The notes beneath the pieces were generated by a model that searched no databases, had not been told where the DNA came from, and saw only the letters and a list, made by a program, of their open reading frames with translations. Below are positions 27,866 to 41,674 of a stretch of DNA of 64,000 bases, one piece after another; position 1 is the first letter of the stretch; every line of letters begins with the position of its first letter. This stretch comes from Eledone cirrhosa (taxonomy: Eukaryota), in the NCBI GenBank assembly GCA_964016885.1, contig OZ024754.1:5766001-5830000 (forward strand), read 5' to 3'. Both the position numbers and the translations under genes were made by a program.

Positions 27866-29426
27866 CAGAACATCGAGGACAACACCCACCTCACACGCCC
27901 CAACCCCACGACTCGGTCTCGGTTTGCCCTACATCCTGACTACCAAGTAAAAACAGAACTCACACATTAATAAGAAACCTATACAATTCTATAGAATTCC
28001 CCACAGTTTTCTTCAAATAAAGGGATTTGGCAAAAATTTAAAACCACTTTTTGTTATGACCCTACATAGATTCAAAGTTGTAGAATTGAATACAAGAGAA
28101 TCGCTTTTTACCCATGGACAGTTAGTTATATGTAGGTTGTTCACGAGTGGAAACACCTAGAAAGTCTCATATACTATACACGAACGATAAAACGAAGAAT
28201 CTGGTGTATCTGGAAGATTTTTTTATGTTTTTGTTTTGTTTTTTTCTGTCTCACACATACACCACGGTCTCGCCTCATACTGTACTAGACACACATTCAA
28301 ATACAGTCATTTTCTCTTTTACCTGTCTTCTCTTATCATCTGTTTATCTGGGCAAAGCTGGTTACGTCAGCTAGTTTGTATATATATATAAGACCCATCG
28401 TTATATATGTATATTCTGATTTCTCTTGTTTTGCCGTTTTACTTTAATCATATAAACTTTTTTCCAGTGACCTGCTCAATTTTGAAAGTATTCACTCACG
28501 CTAAAGGCATGTTTTCTCTGGTAGACATGTTTAACCCTCCCAATGGAACGTTACATAAATTCAGAAAAAAATACTTTAATAAGTTAATTTTTAATACATT
28601 AATTATGTTTTCTTTAATAACCACAAGAGTTAATTTTAATACATTGATTATAATAAATGTTATGTACCCGTAACTCCTGGTGGAGTTGTAGGGATGCCGT
28701 AGTGACATAGTGTCTTGGGCATTCTAAACCTGTCAAAGCACATTCCCTTTCCAGGTCTGAACACAGCTGATTTCTTTCAGAGAAGGAGAGAGAGAAAGAG
28801 AGAAAGAAGAAGAAGTGAGAAAGAAACATAGAGGAAGATTCGAGCCATATACTGGACTGGTATATATTTTTTTATTTAACTCGAAAGGATGAAAATTAAA
28901 ATTGACCTCAGCGGGATTTGAACTCAGAGCACAGAGCGGTGAAACATATATCGCAAAGCATTCTATCCATCGTTCTAACGAGTCCGTTGACTTATAACAA
29001 TATTCATAATTAACATTCATTGAATATCATTTGTAAGGTCAGTTCTGAGACAAAACATTCTCATCTCCTTGTAATAGAAACTGGAACAAAGACCAATCGA
29101 TAAATATATTGACCTATAACCTCGGTTGCCAATCTTGTGTTCGATCACTCACAGGGATCCGTGGGTTAAATTCAAACGTTGGAGTAATTTGTTATAAACA
29201 TAATTGCTTCTACTTTTAGCACAAGGCCAGCAATTACTCCCAGCCACTGCCTTCGGTCGTTTTTCTTGGTGTCACACTGTTTAACTGTTCTCTTTACTCT
29301 GGACAGTACTGTATTAACATATCGCACTATTGACTGCTTTGTGATTGCCTCAAGCAACTTGATTAGTACCTGCTATATTGTGGCTACAACTTAGATTCAT
29401 ACCTAATATAATATTATATTATATAC

Positions 29427-29477
<51 letters not shown>

Positions 29478-30495
29478 GACTATATAGACTATATAGACCA
29501 ACCAGCGAAGCCTAGAGAGACATACAAACAGAATGACATAGTAGCGAAAAGGGTCAACCCTGAAGTGTTTTTAAAGATATTTCTTTAAAGTATCACCCAA
29601 CAAAAATTGTTTTAGCACAAGGCCAGCAATTATCTCAGTATATTACTGGTGCTTTATTTTATCGACCTCGTAAGGATGAAAGGCAAAGTTAATCTCGGCT
29701 GGATTTGAACTCAGAACGTAAAAGGCCATAACACTATGTTGCAAAGCATGGTGTCCGACACTCTACCGATACTGTCAATCCATCACAAACTAATGGGTAT
29801 CCATTCTTCTTTAAGTATAAACATTTCTCTTCTTTTTTTTATTTTATTGTTATTATCACTGTATAACACTCTGAGATGGGAATTACTGTGATGGGGTTCC
29901 GTGGGAAATTTTAAATGAAAGGGGTCGTTGGTAGGTAAAGGGTTCAGAACCACTGACCTATGCCAATAATTGTTTCTACTTTAGGCACAAGGCCAGCAAT
30001 TACTCAGTGCATTACTGGTACTTTATTTTATCGACCCCTTAAGGATGAAAGGCAAAGTTAACCTCGGCGGGATTTGAAATCAGACCGTAAAGGAACGTAA
30101 CTATGCTAGAAAGCATGGCGTCCAACCCTCTACCGATACTGCCAATTCACTATGCCAATAATTGCGAAACTTTTGAGCTGGGCGTGCTGAAATTATAATT
30201 TATTTAATAATCCTGTTATTGGAGTGTCACTTACATTGATGTCTGTATTTTAGTTAGAGTGAAAAGTTCTCAACTTATTGAATAGGTAGAGTTGTTAGAA
30301 AGTCGGATAGAATTTCTTGTGGTTTTCGTTCCGGCGTTCTACGCTGCACTGGATTCAAATCCCACAGAGATCTATTTCGCCATTCATTCAGCATTGAGGT
30401 CACTTCTTCATCTATCTCATACAACAGTCTTATTCTCTCTCCCTCTCTCTCTCTCTCTTACAATATTAAATACAGATGATGTCTATGAATACGTG

Positions 30496-30558
<63 letters not shown>

Positions 30559-30561
<3 letters not shown>

Positions 30562-30686
30562 CCGTCGAAACGGCTTGAGCTCAGCCGTCGGGGTCCTACT
30601 CGTTCCTATTACCCACTCTACTACCCTAAGTATTGAGTACTTTGGTGCGTTATGGTCCATCTGGTTCCTTACCACATTTCCTTCGT

Positions 30687-30688
<2 letters not shown>
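30559..30688 (+). mobile_element. (TA)n-associated mini-element family B carrying the 3' half of a hammerhead (about 11 loci: 12434, 24581, 30559, 33238, 34082, 36258, 37594, 40327, 42834, 54822, 60098)
   Basis: GAA-ACGGCT tgagctc AGCCGT-C gives stem III with a GUC triplet; conserved tail of about 100 nt ending CCTTCGTTA(TA)n. Confidence 0.8.
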
Positions 30689-30720
<32 letters not shown>

Positions 30721-31000
30721 TATATATATATATATACTGACATAAGAGAAATATAAATAAACAAATAAATAAATAAATATATACACAACCACAATAACAG
30801 TAAACACTAATAAACTAAGATAGAATACAATAACCAAAACACAGTCACACAGACGCGAACACACACACCAAACAATTTACACATACGCAAACGCATGCGC
30901 AGAAACAAAGACAAAAATAAATAAATAAATAAATAAATAAAATTAAAATAGCGTAGACATTACAATACATACAAAACAGCAGGGGAAACATGATAATAAT

Positions 31001-31042
31001 ACCACTGATGATGTTGCAGATGTGCAACGAAAGAACTTTGTT
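31001..31042 (+). ncRNA. Hammerhead motif (family I)
   Basis: ACCA-CTGATGA(31005)-T-GTTGCA GATG TGCAAC-GAA-AGaaCT-T-TGtT; perfect 6-bp stem II, weak stems I and III. Confidence 0.7.
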
Positions 31043-31239
31043 GGACTATATATATATGTATTTATATCTGTATTTTTTACCATTGGTCATTCAGTTATAA
31101 ACATTGTTGACCAAATGAATTAACTATGGAGATATAAAAGATACAGAAGCGAAAACCAACCAAACAGTGAGTGTGTTCTGTTATTATTTCTGGCAATATT
31201 ATTACAACAATAGGACCCTCCCCAAGTATAAAATATATA

Positions 31240-31270
<31 letters not shown>

Positions 31271-31502
31271 CAGCAGCGATTCTTTGCTTAAACTTTAATC
31301 TGTTATTTTAATTAATATATATATAGTAATAATAATAAATGTGAAGACTAAAATCCGAAGAGAGCTCGGTAAGGATAATATATATATAAAATATATAAAA
31401 CCGTAGAGCAAATATTTATTAAAATAACAGATTAAAGTTTAAGCAAAGGGTGAAAGCAGCTATTCTTTGCATAAACTTTAATCTCTTCTTTTAATAAATA
31501 CT

Positions 31503-31601
<99 letters not shown>

Positions 31602-31756
31602 GATAGGTAGATAAATAGATATGTTAGGTTTTGGAGTTTAAGAATATATATCCTGGTAAAGTTTATAGAAGCTCAATGCTAATCAGTATACTTGATCCAG
31701 CAGTAACCCATGTCCACTCTTAATTTATTATATATATACATATATATACATATATA

Positions 31757-31821
<65 letters not shown>

Positions 31822-32171
31822 TCCCATCCTTTTCTTTTAGATATTTTCTATTCTCAGACTACTTTGAAAGCAAAGTATCATATATGACATTTATGACAAC
31901 AGAAGACTATGATTTGATGGGAAGTTGGTTGTTATGTCTAGCATGAATGATGGCTTAAAGAGTTACATGTTGACATGTATCTGATTTTATTACACATCTT
32001 TTTGTTGTTGTATTTTTTTTTTGAGATTTGGGATATCATATGAAGAGAACATAACTGCTATTTCTTATAAATAATGCACAAAACGTAACGTAAGTTTCAG
32101 TAAAATCTATAGCTATGTTTAGTTCGATCTTCTGAAGTCTCTCCCTTTTTACCTATATATATATATATATA

Positions 32172-32412
32172 TTGTTATAATTTGGGAGGGTCATGTTGCC
32201 AATAAGAAACACACGCACCAATTGTTTCCTTCAATTTATTATATATTTATATATTTATAAATTTACAAATCTACAAACTTATAAATTTCTGGTTGGTTGG
32301 TTGGTTCCACAACCAGATAGTTGTTTATATATAGTCATAGTCCTTTCGTCACACACTCTGTGACCTCTTCAGAAACGAATTCAGAAACGAATTCAGAAAC
32401 GAATTCAGAAAC

Positions 32413-32415
<3 letters not shown>
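32172..32415 (-). mobile_element. Mini-element family G with hammerhead core at about 32335-32376 (relatives at 2709-2860, 12957-13010, 22758-22785, 31081-31232, 34563-34735, 61994-62056)
   Basis: Minus: CTGAAGA-G-GTCACA GAGTG TGTGAC-GAAA; common terminus GACCCTCCC.AAGTATAACAA(TA)n; stem III unclear. Confidence 0.65.
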
Positions 32416-32485
<70 letters not shown>

Positions 32486-32723
32486 ATAATAATAAATTTG
32501 AAGACTAAAATCCAAAGAGGGCTCGATAAGGATAAATATATATCAAATAAAATATAAATATATAATATTAATATAAATAATATTTATATTAATATAAATA
32601 TATAAAAAATTTGAAGATCCCGGTAAGGGTGAAAGCAGCGATTCTTTGCTTAAACTTTAATCTGTTATTTTAATAAATATATATATACACATATATATAT
32701 ATATACATATACCATATATATAC

Positions 32724-32831
<108 letters not shown>

Positions 32832-33130
32832 TTATTTATTTATTAAAATAACAGATTAAAGTTTAAGCAAAGAATCGCTGCTTTCACCCTTACCGGGATC
32901 TTCAAATTTATTATTATTACTATATATATATATATATATGTAGATGACGGGTTAAATAGGGGATAACCACAGTAAGTAAGGTACTCAATACATAGCAGAG
33001 TAAAAGTAATTTAATATAGAAATGGCTTCTACGGGACTAGAACTGTTTCATTCGGAGGAAATCATCATTTCCTCCGAATGAAACAGTTCTAGTCCTGTAG
33101 AAGCCATTTCTATATTAAATATATATATAT

Positions 33131-33240
<110 letters not shown>

Positions 33241-33437
33241 CGAAGGAAATGTGGTAAGGAACCAGGTGGACCATAACGCACCAAAGTACTCAATACTTGA
33301 GGTAGTAGAGTGGGTAATAGGAACCAGTAAGACCCCGACAGCTGAGCTCAAGCCGTTTCGACGGCTAATTCTGGACTCTAGAGTCCAGAATTAGCCGTCG
33401 AAACGGCTTGAGCTCAGCTGTCGGGGTCTTACTGGTT

Positions 33438-33492
<55 letters not shown>

Positions 33493-33716
33493 AGGGAAAG
33501 AGAGAGAGCTATACATATATATGTGTATACACACACACATATATATGTATAGCTCTATATATATAGTACCACATGAATATATATTCGTGCGTGATATCTA
33601 TAGTATATATGTGAATATAAATATCTGTATTTATTAATTTAAACAAAGTGCTACATACATACATTCATACATGTGTAATATGTGTAAACATATATATATA
33701 TGTATATATATATATG

Positions 33717-33817
<101 letters not shown>

Positions 33818-33823
33818 ATATAC

Positions 33824-33907
<84 letters not shown>

Positions 33908-33909
33908 GT

Positions 33910-33977
<68 letters not shown>

Positions 33978-34031
33978 AGATATATTACATATGCCGTTGA
34001 CGTGTGTATACAATTCGTTGGGACTCCCTGT

Positions 34032-34084
<53 letters not shown>

Positions 34085-34245
34085 TCCAGAAATACCCGTC
34101 GAAACGGCTTGTTGAGCTCTGCCGTCGGGGTTGAACATTTTCCTATTACCCACTCTACTACCCTAAGTATTGAGTACTTTGGTGCGTTATGGTCCATATG
34201 GTTCCTTACCACACCTCCTTCGTTATATATATATATATGTATATA

Positions 34246-34342
<97 letters not shown>

Positions 34343-34429
34343 CACAAACTGAGTGTTAAACAAACAGAGAGTAATAAATTATGTATTGTGGTTGAAAATG
34401 TTAGGGGTGGGTGTGATACAGGTGACTGG

Positions 34430-34469
<40 letters not shown>

Positions 34470-34730
34470 GTAATCGTGTGCTTTGACATACATACAAACA
34501 CACAGATATATACATATATGCGTATATATATATATATATATATTAATATATATATATATATATTTCGTTTCTGAATTTGTATGACAATATTTAAACAACT
34601 ATCTGGTTGTGGAACCAACCAACCAGAAATTTATAAATTTATAAATTTATTATAAATTTATTATAATAAATTGAAGTGAAATCTACTGGTGCGTGTGTTT
34701 CTTATTGGCAACATGACCCTCCCTAAGTAT

Positions 34731-34773
<43 letters not shown>

Positions 34774-34815
34774 TATGAAAACAAGACGTGCTGCGTGGTT
34801 GCAAATGGGTTACCT

Positions 34816-35087
34816 ATGAATAAATTTAGTCGTTCATCAGTGATCTTCCAATATAAACAATCTGTGACAAAGCACGGCGTCTGACGCTCTACCGATTCTG
34901 CCAATCCACTATACAACAACCATATTAGTAATAACTTTTAAATTGTTTACAGTCTCGCTCGTTCCCCTTATTTACGTGTCCCAACGACTTTCTTTAGCCG
35001 TTGTTCGCACCAACCGGAGGTATATGGTCTTTAAAGCAATGAAATACCAATGAAGGTTGGCAGATCACTGATGAAGGACTAAATTTA

Positions 35088-35092
<5 letters not shown>
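34816..35092. mobile_element. MITE-like element with 36-bp terminal inverted repeats
   Basis: ATGAATAAATTTAGTCGTTCATCAGTGATCTTCCAA versus the reverse complement of 35057-35092 (2 mismatches); TA context. Confidence 0.7.
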
Positions 35093-35141
<49 letters not shown>

Positions 35142-35291
35142 ATATAGAGAGAAACACACAGATACATGCGGACACATGAATATTTCCACATATATCCCTG
35201 AGTTAGTGGTACCAACCTCAACCGATGTTGCTCTATGAATAACTGGGACAAACGAATCCGAATGGAGGAGACTGATTCAGTATCAGAGCTA

Positions 35292-35433
35292 TATAATACA
35301 TTATGAAGAGAGAAGAAACATTAGATATAATTAGTAATAAGATATATCATACCTAAGCTGCTTCTATAGTCCCCAGGTATGATACATCTTATTACTAATT
35401 ATATCTAATGTTTCTTCTCTCTTCATAATGTAT

Positions 35434-35437
<4 letters not shown>
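35292..35437. repeat. Inverted repeat, 63-bp arms, 20-nt spacer
   Basis: 35292-35354 versus 35375-35437, one mismatch. Confidence 0.92.
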
Positions 35438-35475
<38 letters not shown>

Positions 35476-35526
35476 AAAAAGTTTTATTTAAAAGGAAGTT
35501 GCATTATTACAAGGTATGTCACTAAT

Positions 35527-35635
35527 TATTTATAAAACAGCTTATGTATTGTATTTTGTCTGAGGAAGGCATAACATATTTTTAATATGATATCCCAGAA
35601 ATATATATAACGAAATAAATATGGTTTTATAAATA
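35527..35635 (+). ncRNA. Type I hammerhead motif (family E subfamily) with extended stem I
   Basis: TATTTTGT-CTGAGGA(35560)-long stem II (CATATT/AATATG)-GAA-ATATATAT-A-ACGAAATA; distal pairing TATTTATAAAAC/GTTTTATAAATA. Confidence 0.78.
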
Positions 35636-35657
35636 TAGTTTCCATTTGTTTAATATC

Positions 35658-35701
<44 letters not shown>

Positions 35702-35824
35702 TTGTGTGTGTGTGTGTGTGTGTACATATAAATATATTTGTGTGTTTCTTACAATATATTATATTTTATATAAACACATACGCACACACATGCAACGTTT
35801 TTCGAAATATTTACTTCTGCGTTC

Positions 35825-35901
35825 ACAGATTGATTTTTTTTAGTTTCAGAAGATCCCGTTAAGGGTGAAAGCAGGGATTCTTTACTTAAACTTTAATCTG
35901 T
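35825..35901 (+). ncRNA. Variant-core hammerhead (family A, most complete copy)
   Basis: ACAGATT..AGTTT-CAGAAGA-T CCC GTTAA GGG T-GAA-AGCA..T(G/A)CT-T-AAACT..AATCTGT; U4A core change. Confidence 0.65.
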
Positions 35902-35999
35902 TATTTTAATATATATTTTCTCTACGGTTCTTATATATTTGATATTTATTTATCCTTATCGAGCCCTCTTTGGATTTTAGTCTTCACATTTATTATAAT

Positions 36000-36045
<46 letters not shown>

Positions 36046-36497
36046 TAGGTAGTATGGGGGAATACTGACAAAAATATATGTTTTTTCACATCGCATAACC
36101 AGTCTCGGGTGCAGATCGATACTGGAGTCGGGTCCATAACTCCTATGGGTCACATTGAGCCAATTGTCTGTGAAACGCGCGTAATAGATATTTTTCATAT
36201 GTAAACAAAACTTCCTCGTTTTTTTGTAGTATATAGATATATATATAAATATATATATAACGAAGGAAATGTGGTAAGGAACCAGATGGACCATAACGCA
36301 CCAAAGTACTCAATACTTAGGGTAGTAGAGTGGGTAATAGGAACAAGTATGACCCCGAGTGCAGAGCTCAAGCCGTTTCGACGGTTAATTCTGGACTCAG
36401 AATTAGCCGTCGAAACGGCTTGAGCTCTGCCGTCGGAGCCATACTTGTTCCTATATATATTTATATATATATATTTATGTTTATATATATATATGTT

Positions 36498-36589
<92 letters not shown>

Positions 36590-36629
36590 CATACATATAC
36601 ATATGTGTGTATATATATATATATATACG

Positions 36630-36760
<131 letters not shown>

Positions 36761-37434
36761 TGATATTTTCAATAAAATTTAGAGCCTTTCAGTACGAGTT
36801 AGAAGCACCATGTTGCAGTTACAATGCCAAAAAAAATAATTGTTTCTACTTTAGGCACAAGGCCAGCAAATATCCAGTGCATTACTGGTACTTTATTTTA
36901 TCGACCCCGTAAGGATGAAAGGCAAAGTCAACCTCGGCGGGATTTGAACTCAGATCGTGAAGGGACGTAACTATGCTGGAAAGCATGGCGTCCGACCCTC
37001 TACCGATACTGCCAAAAAAATAATGATAGAATAGAATTTCATTTCGGTGCAAAGGATTATTACATGAATAATCGATTGTAGACGCATTTCAGCTATTTAA
37101 AACAATTTATTCATTCAAATAAAAAGATTGCTACTCAACAAGAAATGACTCAACAACTTTTGTGTCGCCACAGTTTTTAGCTATATGTGGATAAATATTT
37201 TCTTATTTTATTTCAGTCTATTTCGACTATTTTATTTCGACTTGTGATTGCAACATATTTTATTCAATTAATTCAATGCTGTACGATCATGACCTTCTAT
37301 TGTAAGTTTCGTCAATGTATATATAGAATCGGTTGAGCGACGGAGAAATATAGACGTAATACTTCTTTACAGATTGGCTCTATATTTTCTGGTCTGTTTA
37401 ACATTTCTAGATGTCGAAATCGAGTTGCAACCAC

Positions 37435-37596
<162 letters not shown>

Positions 37597-37675
37597 GAAA
37601 CGGCTTGAGCTCTGCCGTCGGAGTCATACATTTTCCTATATATATATATATATATATATGACATATATAGATAGA

Positions 37676-37711
<36 letters not shown>

Positions 37712-37763
37712 TGTATGAATGTATGTATGTATGTGGGTGGGTGTGTGGGTGTATGTATGTATG

Positions 37764-38044
37764 TTCTTCTGGTTTTATAATTTCACAAATTTCTGCCAAT
37801 AGAGAGAGAGTCGGTTTCTAACATAGACACAAGAGTCTCTCATTGGAATTTACACAATATCAACTAGGTAGATATGTATGCATGTCTGCATGTATGCATG
37901 TGTAGGTATGGATGTTATTGTATGTGTGGATGTGTATGTTTTGAGTTGTATGTGTGTATGTGCATACGCTTTGTATCTGTACATGTGTATATGCAGTTAT
38001 TAGATGCAAATGTTTTGGAATGTTTTACATATTTTTACTATTCC
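37764..38044 (-). mobile_element. R4/Dong-like RLE non-LTR retrotransposon 3' end in (CATA)n
   Basis: Minus 38044-38000 translates GIVKICKTFQNICI*; (ATGT)n on both flanks. Confidence 0.65.
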
Positions 38045-38060
38045 ATGTATGTATGTATGT

Positions 38061-38480
38061 CAGGTGGCTCTCGAGTGCTACTGGTAACATGTAACCCAGT
38101 ACAACCCGTCTCATGATCGGGTCGTCAACGACTAAACCGGCAACTCCAGCAAGCTTGCTTGGTAAGGAGGGTGATATTTGGACACCTGCAGGATAAAATA
38201 CAAGACCCGGAAAAGGGCTGAGGAACTCAGCAGATTCAATAGCCGTCCAAATAGTTCTTTTTTTTTCACCTGGGAGTGAAAGGCCCCCAGTTATTGTCAC
38301 AACACCTTTCTAGGAGAGGGAAACTTTGAAAGAAACCGCGGTGTTTTCGATGCTCAGAGCGTGGAGTTGGTCGAGTGCAAGGACTTTCCCCACGTGGGGC
38401 TGCCTGTAGCCTAAAGGTGCACCGTTTTCTGTAATCTGACAAGCAATTGCAATACTCTTAGCAGAGTTTGCAGCCATAAT
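38061..38480 (+). mobile_element. GC-richer structured insert, possibly derived from an RTE 5'UTR
   Basis: Sharp microsatellite boundaries; TCTAGGAGAGGGAAACT resembles RTE 5'UTR motifs; several short hairpins. Confidence 0.4.
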
Positions 38481-38674
38481 GTATATATATGTATATATAT
38501 GTATATATATATATATGTATGTATATATGTATATATATATATGAATGTATGCGAGTGTATGTATGTATACATATGTATGGATATATATATATGTATATAT
38601 ATGTATGCTTGTATCCATACATTGATACATACATACATGCATACATACATACGTACATATATATATAAATATAC

Positions 38675-38705
<31 letters not shown>

Positions 38706-38826
38706 AACATACAGATACATATATAAATATACATACATACATATACATACGTACATACATACATACATACATACATACATACATACATACATACATACAT
38801 ACATACATACATACATACATACATAC

Positions 38827-39008
38827 TTGCGGACAAAAAGCGCAGCTCCCTAATTCATAGTCTGCAAATGGCTGCGATAGCTGGCACCTTCAAAATTTGC
38901 AAAACATTCTTGCGATTCAAGGGATGACAATTTCTTTTCTTTTACAACCTTGCCACCAGGAAGGTGGCCGGTCAAAAAAATATACTCGAAATTAAGAGAA
39001 AGAGAAAA
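38827..39008 (+). mobile_element. R4/Dong-like RLE non-LTR retrotransposon 3' end in (CATA)n
   Basis: 38829-38927 translates ADKKRSSLIHSLQMAAIAGTFKICKTFLRFKG*; (CATA)n on both flanks. Confidence 0.72.
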
Positions 39009-39365
39009 CATACATACATACATTCACTTACAGAAAACCACCCGGGGTTGGTGTTTCTGTTAGTAGACAAGTACAAGTAATAATAAGTATAGATTGTTTA
39101 CATGGTTAAGTAGCCCAAATGAGGAGAGATAAGTCTGAAGCCCACCCATAGCTTAGGAGTATGTCATAGCATTGGAATCGAATTCCACCTTCCAACTTAT
39201 TTATATATTTATCTACGGTTCCTTCTCTGTTCTCCTTCCTCCTACTGATCCCCCTTCTTATGTCTTACTTGTTCGCCCTCTCGCTCTCTCTCTTCCTCTC
39301 CTTTGCTTTTGCTTTGCTCTATCCGTGTCGATCTGTCTGTGGCACAACAGTAACATAGTATTGAC

Positions 39366-39415
<50 letters not shown>

Positions 39416-39424
39416 GTATATATA

Positions 39425-39466
<42 letters not shown>

Positions 39467-39503
39467 TATTTATATATACAGTATATATATATATATGTAT
39501 ATA

Positions 39504-39610
<107 letters not shown>

Positions 39611-39700
39611 GAGATGTATATACACGCACATATATTTACACACACAAAATATATATATATATATATACACGTCAAAATGTATATATATGTATATATATGA

Positions 39701-39746
39701 TTTCTGATGATTTCTCCCGAATGAAACAATTCTAGTCCTGTAGAAC
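39701..39746 (+). ncRNA. Hammerhead motif (family C variant)
   Basis: TTT-CTGATGA(39704)-T TTC TCCC GAA T-GAA-ACA..TGT-A-GAA. Confidence 0.72.
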
Positions 39747-39758
39747 CCATTTCTATAT

Positions 39759-39862
<104 letters not shown>

Positions 39863-40384
39863 TATATATATGCAAATAACCATTTACATATGCAAACATA
39901 TATATACATATACACTCATACAATTAAACACACACACGCACACAAAAACACACACACATATATATATATATGCGTGTGTGTGTGTGTGTGTGTGTGTCAG
40001 CAGCAACACTAACATAGCGTGATTCATAAGAGGGGTGCATGTGAAAGTATATATATGATTTCTGTACAATAAACATACACTAGTTTCTCTATAAATGTTT
40101 CAAATAATGTCATCACACCTTTAAACATCCTTACCAAACTCTTGTCTGTTTACAGTACAAATAAAAACATCGAATGTGCCTTTAGACACACACACACACA
40201 CACACAGACATACACACACACACATACACACACACACACACACATACAGACAGACAGACAGACACACACATACATACACAGAATTTCCACGCTAAATTTG
40301 TATTTACCCACGCTAAAAATTCTAATTTAGTCCAGAAATAGCCGTCGAAACGGCTTGATCTCTGCCGTCGGGGTCATACATTTT

Positions 40385-40480
<96 letters not shown>

Positions 40481-41038
40481 GAGAGAGAGAGGGGACTATA
40501 TATTATATACAGACATCCACACAATTCTGATGTTCCTATTGATCGCCATTCTCCCGCCCACTTTACATACATAAACACTGACCCTACACAGTCACTGCAT
40601 CTATTGAGTTCATAAACCTATATACTTTCTGATCTTACAAAGTCACTAAACCTATATAGTTACTAAGCCTATACAGTCTCTGAAGCTATGCAGCCACTAA
40701 ATCTATTGTCGTTAAACCTATAAACCTAAGTCTTTTTATCACAGTTTTTGTAAGAATATTATATCTCCATCGCTCCGATTAACGGCCATTTTGAATAATA
40801 TATTTTAGTGAACGGTTTCCATTGGAAACAATAACTATTCAAATTGTATTCCTTAGAATGTAATTTGAATATCATTTGGTCAGTGGTTAGATTTAGGGTG
40901 AGAATTAGTGTCGTAGGAATGGCTTCTTCATGTCGATAGCAGCAGAGCATTGAGGAAGTATTTAAAACTCCGAAGAAAGATTCAAATAATTTCGTTCTCT
41001 AATGTCTGTATGTCAGAAGGTAAAAGATACGTCATGGA

Positions 41039-41375
41039 CATTATCATCATCAACATCATCATCATCAACATCATCGTTATCGTCGTCGTCATTATCATCA
41101 TCTACATCATCATCATCATCATCATCATCATTATCGTCATCATTATCATCATCATCATTATCGTCATCGTTATCATCATCATTATCGTCATTATCGTCGT
41201 CAACATCATCATCATCTACATTATCATATTTATCATCATCGCCATCACCACCATCATCATCACCACCATCATCATCATCATCATCATCATCATTATCATC
41301 ATCATCATTATCGTCATTATCGTCATCATTGTCGTTATGGTCGTCATCATCATCATCATCATCATCAGCGCCATC

Positions 41376-41454
<79 letters not shown>

Positions 41455-41561
41455 TCATCTACATTATCATGTTTATCATCATCGTCATCACCATCATCAT
41501 CATCATCATCATCATTATCATTATCATCATCATCATCATCATCTACATCACCATCATCATC

Positions 41562-41607
<46 letters not shown>

Positions 41608-41633
41608 ACATCATCATCTACATTATCATTTTT

Positions 41634-41674
<41 letters not shown>

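Noticed and set aside
35068-35092. CTGATGA followed by (TA)n
   Set aside because: No GAAA or stems; it is part of the 36-bp terminal inverted repeat.
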